Both the position numbers and the translations under genes were made by a program. This document shows positions 57,520-64,000 of a DNA stretch of 64,000 nucleotides, in pieces. Source of the stretch: an uncultured Candidatus Saccharibacteria bacterium (GTDB taxonomy: Bacteria; Patescibacteriota; Minisyncoccia; UBA6257; WO2-44-18); the NCBI GenBank assembly GCA_964348885.1, contig CAYGEK010000001.1, positions 10,255 to 74,254 on the forward strand, written 5' to 3'. The notes under the pieces are model-generated. The model was not told where the DNA came from. It did not search any database and saw only the letters and a program-made list of their open reading frames with translations. How positions within the stretch are numbered: the first letter of the stretch is position 1; the number at the start of each line of letters is the position of its first letter.

Positions 57520-58077
57520 TTACAATTTCTGAACTTGCAATGAGTCCAGCTCTACTACCGTGTCGCGGCCGAAGATAGCCACCAGAACCTTCACTTTGCC
57601 TTTTTCTTCGTCAATTTCCGAAACTTTAGCGTCATAATCCTTGAAAGGGCCGTCGGTGATCTTGACCATCTCCCCAACCTTCAACTCAACCTGGAACTTC
57701 GCGCCTTTATCTGTCGGATTCATCTTCGCCATCAACCCTTCCACTTCCGCCTGGGAGAGCGGGGTTGGCTTAGTAGTATCCGGACCGACAAAGCCGGTCA
57801 CGCGCGGGGTGTTTCGGACCACATACCAGGTATCCTCGGTCAAGAGCATGTCTACCAGGACATAGCCGGGATAAACTTTTTCCTCCACTTCGCGGCGCTT
57901 ACCGTTCTTGATTTTAATACGCTTCTCTTTCGGAACTACCACGCTAAAAATCTTATCCTGCATGGATAAAGATTCGATACGCTGTTGCAAATAGCGAGCT
58001 ACGGCATCCTCATAGCCGGAATAAGTATGTACGGCATACCAGTTGCGAACTTTGTTTGACTCTATTTTTTTATCCAT
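57520..58077 (-). CDS. nusG: Transcription termination/antitermination factor NusG
   Basis: NGN domain (WYAVHTYSGYE) plus C-terminal KOW (GEMVKITDGPFKDYDAKV). Confidence 0.92.
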   Translation of the reverse strand: MDKKIESNKVRNWYAVHTYSGYEDAVARYLQQRIESLSMQDKIFSVVVPKEKRIKIKNGKRREVEEKVYPGYVLVDMLLTEDTWYVVRNTPRVTGFVGPDTTKPTPLSQAEVEGLMAKMNPTDKGAKFQVELKVGEMVKITDGPFKDYDAKVSEIDEEKGKVKVLVAIFGRDTVVELDSLQVQKL

Positions 58078-58097
58078 GAGTTTACGTTAATAAATGC

Positions 58098-58286
58098 TTA
58101 AATACCGATGTACTTGGAGAGCAGGAAGGTGAAAGCAGAGTCTAAAACTCCGAGAACGAGGGCGATAAACAAAGCGAAGACGATTACGATAGTCGTCAGA
58201 CGAATCGTCTCGGACATGGTAGGCCAGTTTACCCGCTTGAACTCCTGGCGGCTTTCATCTAAAAACTGCTTCATTCTGGTTATCAT
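58098..58286 (-). CDS. secE: Preprotein translocase subunit SecE
   Basis: 62 aa, single TM, conserved position upstream of nusG. Confidence 0.8.
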   Translation of the reverse strand: MITRMKQFLDESRQEFKRVNWPTMSETIRLTTIVIVFALFIALVLGVLDSAFTFLLSKYIGI

Positions 58287-58313
58287 AGTTGGATTATTGT
58301 AACACGGTGCGCT

Positions 58314-60239
58314 CTAGATATCAAGATTTTTGACATACTGGGCACGACTTTGAATGAATTGCTTACGCGGCTCTACCGCCTCACCCAGAAGAATATCAAA
58401 AAGGCGGTCGGCTTCTTCGGCGTCGTCCACTACCACCTTGCGCAGAGTTCGATTAGCGGGATTCATCGTGGTTTCCCAAAGCTGTTCCGGATTCATTTCA
58501 CCAAGACCTTTGTAACGCTGTAAGTTGATTCCCTCTTTCGGAAGTTTTTCTTTTTCTTCCTCGCGGTAGATATATTTTACATCCTTGCCGCGCTGAACAC
58601 GGTAAAGCGGCGGTTGAGCGATGTATAAATGCCCGTTGCTAATTAACTGCGGGAAGTGGCGGTAAAAAAGCGTCAGCAAAAGCGTGCGAATATGGGAGCC
58701 GTCCACGTCCGCATCGGTCATAAGCACGATTTTATGATAGCGAAGCTTGGCGAGGTCAAAAGATTCGGCGATTGCCGTACCGAGCGCCACCACGAGCGCT
58801 TTAATCTCCTTATTGATAAGCATCTTATCAATGTGAGCTTTTTCCACGTTCAAAATCTTACCCTTTAATGGCAAAATAGCCTGGGTGCGGCGATCGCGTC
58901 CCTGTTTAGCGCTGCCACCCGCGCTGTCGCCCTCTACGATGAACAACTCCGAGTCTTCCGGATTTCTGGAACTGCAGTCGGCAAGCTTACCGGGCAGGGT
59001 CAGGCCTTCAAGGGCACCCTTGCGAAGCACGGTTTCTTTAGCGGCTTTCGCGGCTTTGCGGGCTTTAGCGGCCAAAAGCGAGCGCTCAATAATCCGGCGG
59101 GCATCGGCGGAGTTTCTTTCAAGAAAATCTTTAATTGCCTCATTTAAGACTGTTTCGGCCGCCGTCCTGGCTTGCGGACTGCCGAGGCGGGCCTTGGTCT
59201 GCCCTTCAAATTGCGGCTCGCGAAGCTTAACGGAAATGACAGTAATCAAACCCTCGCGAACATCATCACCGGTCAGATTTTCACCGTCTTTTTTAATGTA
59301 TTCATTATCCAGCGCGTAGTTATTCAACGAGCGTGTTAGCGCGGAGCGGAAGCCTGTCAGATGCATGCCGCCGTCGGGTGTGTAAATATTGTTGGCAAAA
59401 CTTAACTCCTGCGCCTCCGTTTCGTTCTTATACAAAAACGCTACCTCAACCTCAACGTCCTCCGCGGACTTCTGACAATAAAACGGAATCTCCTGGAGCG
59501 GTTTTTCGTTACGGCTAAGATATTTGATGAAAGAGAGCAGTCCGCCGTCAAAAAAGAATCCGTGATAAACCGGCTTTTTAGGATCACGCTCGTCCCCTAT
59601 TTCCAGACGGATGCTTTTTGTAAGAAAAGCCTGCTGGCGGAGATGATCAATAATACGCTTGAAATCAAACTCGGTGTTTTTGAAAATTGACGCGTCCGGC
59701 TCAAACTCAATCCTCGTTCCCGTCCGATTGGATTTTCCAATTTTTCTGACTTTGTACTGAGGCTTTCCGATTTTATACTCCTGCTCATAAATGCCGCCGT
59801 CGCGGTGTACTTCCGCGCGCATCCAGGTAGAAAGAGCGCACACGACGGACACGCCTACGCCGTGAAGACCGCCGGAGACTTTATAAGAGTCGCCGCCGAA
59901 CTTGCCTCCCGCATGCAGCGTAGTCAGCACGGTTTCCAATGTCGATTTCTTGGACTGCGGGTGAACTTCTACCGGAATACCACGACCGTCATCGGTAACC
60001 GCTATCCGGTTATTAGGCAAAAGCTCAATGCGGATGTTCTTCGCGTAGCCAGCCATCGCTTCGTCAAAAGAGTTATCCACCACCTCCCAGATGAGGTGGT
60101 GAAGACCGGCGGTATCGGTCGTGCCGATGTACATACCCGGACGCTTGCGGACCGGATCCAAACCCTCCAAAACGTAGATATCTTTGGCGGTATAACTAGC
60201 TTCTTTTTCGGACTTTTTCTCCTCTTTTTCCTTAGCCAT
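58314..60239 (-). CDS. gyrB: DNA gyrase subunit B
   Basis: 641 aa; GHKL ATPase motifs (EVVDNSFDE, GLHGVG), TOPRIM (EGDSAGG), C-terminal tail; TATAAT and AGGAG upstream. Confidence 0.93.
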   Translation of the reverse strand: MAKEKEEKKSEKEASYTAKDIYVLEGLDPVRKRPGMYIGTTDTAGLHHLIWEVVDNSFDEAMAGYAKNIRIELLPNNRIAVTDDGRGIPVEVHPQSKKSTLETVLTTLHAGGKFGGDSYKVSGGLHGVGVSVVCALSTWMRAEVHRDGGIYEQEYKIGKPQYKVRKIGKSNRTGTRIEFEPDASIFKNTEFDFKRIIDHLRQQAFLTKSIRLEIGDERDPKKPVYHGFFFDGGLLSFIKYLSRNEKPLQEIPFYCQKSAEDVEVEVAFLYKNETEAQELSFANNIYTPDGGMHLTGFRSALTRSLNNYALDNEYIKKDGENLTGDDVREGLITVISVKLREPQFEGQTKARLGSPQARTAAETVLNEAIKDFLERNSADARRIIERSLLAAKARKAAKAAKETVLRKGALEGLTLPGKLADCSSRNPEDSELFIVEGDSAGGSAKQGRDRRTQAILPLKGKILNVEKAHIDKMLINKEIKALVVALGTAIAESFDLAKLRYHKIVLMTDADVDGSHIRTLLLTLFYRHFPQLISNGHLYIAQPPLYRVQRGKDVKYIYREEEKEKLPKEGINLQRYKGLGEMNPEQLWETTMNPANRTLRKVVVDDAEEADRLFDILLGEAVEPRKQFIQSRAQYVKNLDI

Positions 60240-60496
60240 TTATTCTCCTAATTATACAGCATTTTGAACAAATAAAATAGCCCAGAAATAGGGCTATTGT
60301 AGGGACTTTTTAAGGTCTCATGGAGCAGTCCGGGCACTGCCTCCACTCCGCCTCCGACCTGTGATCGTGCTTGTCCCTTTTGAGTGAATTACTACGCCGC
60401 TTTTTCACCTGACGATGATTCAGCACGGCTTGGATCTCCTAGCGCGCCTGCGCAGCGGGATTGCGTTGTTTCTTCTTTTTCACGGACACGCCCCGC

Positions 60497-60946
60497 TCAC
60501 TTCCCGTCATCCACAGGATGCCGGTTCCAGGGCTGAAGGCCGGTGCGGATATTCCAGATCCTCGCCCGCCATTGGACAATCTGATCTTCGGGCACATAGA
60601 TCGTCGCGCGCTGGAACTTCTGCTGGAGGTCACGACGCTTTTTCAAAGGCTCCAGCGCCACCGTCGTGATATATCGGCCGTCCTTGCGCGCTTCCACATT
60701 CAGCGAGTAGATCGGCACCCAGGCATCGTAAGCATGCCGCTGTCCGTATTCGTCGGTGAACAGGTAGGAGATGCCGACAATCTCGTCGTAGCAGGTCGTA
60801 TGCGTATGGAAGATCGGGAACTCCGACTGCGACGGATTCATCGTGTCTGCCTGCGCCACCGGAATGCCACGCTCGGCGCACACGCCTACCAGTATCCCCG
60901 CGCCAAAAACACACAAGACTCCGAACGTCATCAGTTTGTAGCTCAC
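60497..60946 (-). CDS. Secreted hypothetical protein encoded by a GC-enriched gene (GC3 about 75%)
   Basis: GTG start with GGAG RBS; N-terminal signal-like segment MSYKLMTFGVLCVFGAGILVGVCA. Overlapping ORFs in other frames are attributed to the high GC. Confidence 0.5.
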   Translation of the reverse strand: MSYKLMTFGVLCVFGAGILVGVCAERGIPVAQADTMNPSQSEFPIFHTHTTCYDEIVGISYLFTDEYGQRHAYDAWVPIYSLNVEARKDGRYITTVALEPLKKRRDLQQKFQRATIYVPEDQIVQWRARIWNIRTGLQPWNRHPVDDGK

Positions 60947-61003
60947 CCTGAACTCCTCAAAAAAACTGACCTAATAATACAACTTAACTAATAAAAAATC
61001 AAA

Positions 61004-62965
61004 CTACCTTACCTCAACGTCAAAGGAGCTTTGCAAGGCTTCAAGAACTTTTTCCATCTCTTTATTCACTTCTATGTCGGTCAGCGTACGGTCTTCAGAT
61101 TGAAAGACGATTCTAAAGGTAATACTCTTCTTCCCGTCACCAATTTTTTCATCTTCATACCAATCCAGCAGATCAACGTCAAAAATAAGCGGGCTGGCGT
61201 TTTCCAAAACATCCTGCATCCCGCCGACACGAGTAGAGCTGTCCACGACCAGAGAAAGGTCACGGCTGATGGCCGGATATTTCGGCAACGGGCGGTATTC
61301 TTTTTCACCGCTAACCGCCGCCATTAACTTACCAAGATCGAAACTGGCCAACGCGTAACGAGGATTCCCTTTCACTACGCCGACAAGTCCGACAACACTA
61401 TGACCAACCTCAAGACGCACGGAATGCTCCGGTTCAAGATATTTAACTTCCATATTAAGATCCCGGAAGAAGTAATCCGTCAGACCGAGCTTTGAGACGG
61501 CCTCGTCCACGGCGCCCTTAAGCTCCAACGCCGGATTGCCTTTTTTAAACCCGATAGCGAGATCCAGACGCAATTCTTCCCGCAAAGAGCCGTCCTCTTC
61601 GACAAAAGTTTTACCAATCTCAAACAGGCGCGCCTCGTCAAAAAACCGGAGATTATCATCTAAGTTCTTCAAAAGACCCAGCGCCAGTGACGGCCGCAAA
61701 TACTGAAAATCGGAGCTGATCGGATTCCTCAAAGAGACCGCGCCCCACCATTTCGGGTCAGCGTAGCGGGTCAGCTCTTTTCTACCGACGAACGAATAAT
61801 TGTATGTTTCGTTGAAACCGAACCCGATAAGCAAAGAGCGCAGCAGATCCTTAAAAACAACCGCGTCCTCCTTTCCGGCCGCGGAAAGGCCAATCTTCGG
61901 GGCCACTGCCGGCAGCTTGTCATAACCGTAAAGATTCACGATTTCTTCAAAGAGGTCCTCGGCGGTTCCGATGTCGGTCCGCTCGTCCGGCGCTGTCACC
62001 AACTTACCTTTAATTCCAAAACCCAGCTTTTTCAGATATCCGAGCGCGTCCTTTTCTTTCAAAGAAAGCCCGGTCAATCTTATAAAATGCGCGATATCAA
62101 ATTTCAAAGTCGTTTTATTCGGCTTCACAGAGCTCAACGCCGTCATTGCTCCGGTCTTCACTCCGGTGAATTCCTTTAGCAGTTCGGCAGCCCGGTTCAT
62201 TCCCCGCTCCGCTAGAACCGGACTCAGGCCATGAGAAAACCGGGAGGAGGCGTCTGTAAAAAGATTAATTGCCCTCGCAGTTTTATAAACACCCGATCCG
62301 TCAAAATTAGCGGCTTCAACTATAATGCTTCGGGTATTCAGTCCGATTTCCGCCCGCTTACCTCCTTTAACGCCGGCGATTGCCAAGAGTCCTTCGTCGT
62401 CCGCGATTACGAGATCACTGTCGCGCAAAGTAAAATTCTGACTATCAATGGTTTTAATCTCTTCTCCGTTCTTGGCGAGACGAACCTGCAGTCCACCGGC
62501 AATTAAGCCGGCGTCAAAGGCATGTAACGGCTGGCCGGTTTCCAACATCGCCAGGTTCATAGCGTCTACCACGGCGTTGATCGGCTTCTGACCGCAGGCC
62601 ATCAGAATGTCCTTTGCCCACTGGGGGGTGGGTTTCATTTTTACTATCTCAAAATATCGCGCGAGATATTTCGGACTGTGTTTTTTGGAAATTACGGATA
62701 CGCGCGGCGCCGGCTTCTTAATTTCCAGCTTCAGTTCTTTCGCCGGCTTAAAACCGAGCGGCTTATTCAAGATTGCCGATAAAATCACGGCCACACCGCG
62801 ATGGGAGGCCGCGTCGGAATAACGGTTTGCCGGCACGCCGATTTCTATCGTATCCCCGCCCGCGAGCGCCGCCTCAAAAGCGTGGAAATTTAACGCCTCC
62901 ACCACCTTATCTTTGGCTGGAAGCTTCGGCACCAATCTTTTTAATAACTCGTATGAGAATTTCAT
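61004..62965 (-). CDS. pheT: Phenylalanyl-tRNA synthetase beta subunit (short form, no N-terminal tRNA-binding domain)
   Basis: 653 aa; B3/B4, B5 and class II-like core and C-terminal ferredoxin-like domain pattern. Confidence 0.88.
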   Translation of the reverse strand: MKFSYELLKRLVPKLPAKDKVVEALNFHAFEAALAGGDTIEIGVPANRYSDAASHRGVAVILSAILNKPLGFKPAKELKLEIKKPAPRVSVISKKHSPKYLARYFEIVKMKPTPQWAKDILMACGQKPINAVVDAMNLAMLETGQPLHAFDAGLIAGGLQVRLAKNGEEIKTIDSQNFTLRDSDLVIADDEGLLAIAGVKGGKRAEIGLNTRSIIVEAANFDGSGVYKTARAINLFTDASSRFSHGLSPVLAERGMNRAAELLKEFTGVKTGAMTALSSVKPNKTTLKFDIAHFIRLTGLSLKEKDALGYLKKLGFGIKGKLVTAPDERTDIGTAEDLFEEIVNLYGYDKLPAVAPKIGLSAAGKEDAVVFKDLLRSLLIGFGFNETYNYSFVGRKELTRYADPKWWGAVSLRNPISSDFQYLRPSLALGLLKNLDDNLRFFDEARLFEIGKTFVEEDGSLREELRLDLAIGFKKGNPALELKGAVDEAVSKLGLTDYFFRDLNMEVKYLEPEHSVRLEVGHSVVGLVGVVKGNPRYALASFDLGKLMAAVSGEKEYRPLPKYPAISRDLSLVVDSSTRVGGMQDVLENASPLIFDVDLLDWYEDEKIGDGKKSITFRIVFQSEDRTLTDIEVNKEMEKVLEALQSSFDVEVR

Positions 62966-63085
62966 CCCGTTAGAGCTAGGTCGTCAAACGACCGTAATTC
63001 AGCCGCCAGACGAGAGCGCTTTCCATATTTCTTATTGCATTGATTATTCTTATATTCATATATTGATTATCTCTAACGGGATTCA

Positions 63086-63997
63086 TTAGAACTGTTTCGT
63101 AAATCGAAGATCGCCTGAGTAAAATAGGCGCACATCAGGAATCTTGTATTTTATCATCGCCAGCCGCTCCACACCCATTCCGAAGGCGAAGCCCTGATAC
63201 TTTTTCGTATCCAGCTTAACTTTCTTCAGCACTTCCGGATGCACCATACCCGCGCCCATCACCTCCAGCCAGGCGCCGTTCAATTTTACGTCCACTTCCA
63301 AGCCGGGTTCCACGAACGGGAAATAACTCGGTCGGAATCGCACTTCTATCTCCTTGCCGAAAAATCGCCGGAAAAATTCAAGAATGACGTATTTAAAATT
63401 CGACAGGTTAAAGTCTTCGCCGACCATCAAACCTTCTACCTGATGAAAGTTAATCTCGTGCGTGGCATCCGTCGCCTCAAAACGAAAGACTCGGCCCGGC
63501 ACAATTATCTGAAATGGGGGCTTATTAGTTTCCATGTATCGAATCTGCATAGGGCTGGTGTGCGTTCGCATCAGCATCCTCCCTCCCTTCTGCTGAACTT
63601 TCGAATCTATCCAAAAAGTATCCCACATATCCCGAGCGGGATGATTGGCGGGAATATTCAAAGCGTCAAAATTGTAATACTCACTCTCCGCCTCCGGCCC
63701 TTCCACCACGGAAAAATTCAACGAAGCAAAAATTGATTTGATCTCATTTTCAATTTTTGTAAGCGGATGAAGATGCCCGGCGGTAACTTTTTTACCCGGC
63801 ATCGTGATATCCAATTTCAGTTTGGTGCCGGAGCCGGAAAGTTCTTTTACTTTATTGGCAAGCTCGGCTTCCAATTCGACGCGCAACGCGTTGGCCGCGG
63901 GACCGATCTTTTTCTTCTCCTCGCCAGAAAGATCTTTCAATGATTTTAAAATAGCGGTTAATTCGCCGTCCTTACGGCCAAGATACTTCACTTTCAC
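63086..63997 (-). CDS. pheS: Phenylalanyl-tRNA synthetase alpha subunit (possibly N-terminally truncated by the window edge)
   Basis: Class II motifs (FDALNIPANHPARD; motif 2 GRVFR; motif 3 GFAFGMGVERLAMI). By alignment to canonical PheS roughly 25 N-terminal residues may lie outside the window. Confidence 0.9.
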   Translation of the reverse strand: MKVKYLGRKDGELTAILKSLKDLSGEEKKKIGPAANALRVELEAELANKVKELSGSGTKLKLDITMPGKKVTAGHLHPLTKIENEIKSIFASLNFSVVEGPEAESEYYNFDALNIPANHPARDMWDTFWIDSKVQQKGGRMLMRTHTSPMQIRYMETNKPPFQIIVPGRVFRFEATDATHEINFHQVEGLMVGEDFNLSNFKYVILEFFRRFFGKEIEVRFRPSYFPFVEPGLEVDVKLNGAWLEVMGAGMVHPEVLKKVKLDTKKYQGFAFGMGVERLAMIKYKIPDVRLFYSGDLRFTKQF

Positions 63998-64000
63998 GGC

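Noticed and set aside
60461-60991. ORFs 60461..60991 (+) and 60630..60914 (-)
   Set aside because: Alternative frames of the GC-enriched secreted-protein gene. The chosen frame has an RBS, a signal-like N-terminus and the highest GC3.

Overview
Mostly minus-strand, about 50% GC bacterial chromosomal segment carrying housekeeping genes. Gene content suggests a reduced-genome Patescibacteria/CPR-like (Parcubacteria-like) organism; this is an inference from the features below, not a database hit. The secE-nusG-rplK cluster has no rplA after it, rplJ-rplL sit about 22 kb away, and ThrRS, PheT and the SMC-like protein are all truncated or minimal. There are many small membrane or Cys-rich ORFs, a DUF5671-like protein and a class II RNR.

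Recognisable genes include a type II R-M pair at the left edge (MTase plus PD-(D/E)XK REase running off the window), msrA and msrB, nfo, a VIT-family transporter, a fatty-acid desaturase and a metal ABC transporter. Further along are pgi, a LOG-family protein, maf, a glyoxylate shunt pair (malate synthase plus isocitrate lyase), class II RNR, tgt, tsaC, a dcw fragment (mraZ-rsmH-ftsL-ftsI-murF), rplL/rplJ, a sigma-70-family factor and trmD. The right half holds a HIT protein, a KH protein, rpsP, the SMC-like ATPase, rnc, nusB, rpmF, rnhB, two S1 proteases, dnaE, thrS, gatB, a nucleotide-salvage cluster, rplK, nusG, secE, gyrB and pheT/pheS. RNA genes are tRNA-Phe(GAA), tRNA-Glu(CUC), tRNA-Val(CAC) and a truncated tRNA-Val 3' half. 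No rRNA or CRISPR array was seen.

The hunt turned up several things worth a second look:
- A compact, extremely GC3-rich (about 95%) 103-codon gene with its own consensus promoter, RBS and terminator, wedged between native terminators.
- An in-frame GIY-YIG nuclease domain inserted inside a PhnB/VOC-fold protein.
- Elevated-GC aceB-aceA in a minimal-metabolism background.
- A perfect 52-bp palindrome between msrA and an ArsR-type regulator.
- A cluster of DnaA-box-like 9-mers plus an AT-rich tract upstream of mraZ.
- Duplicated tRNA 3' ends resembling att-site footprints.
- A deoxynucleotide-salvage gene cluster with two paralogous nucleoside-2-deoxyribosyltransferase-like genes.
- Two small proteins sharing a C-x-C-x-C-H-x-D motif.
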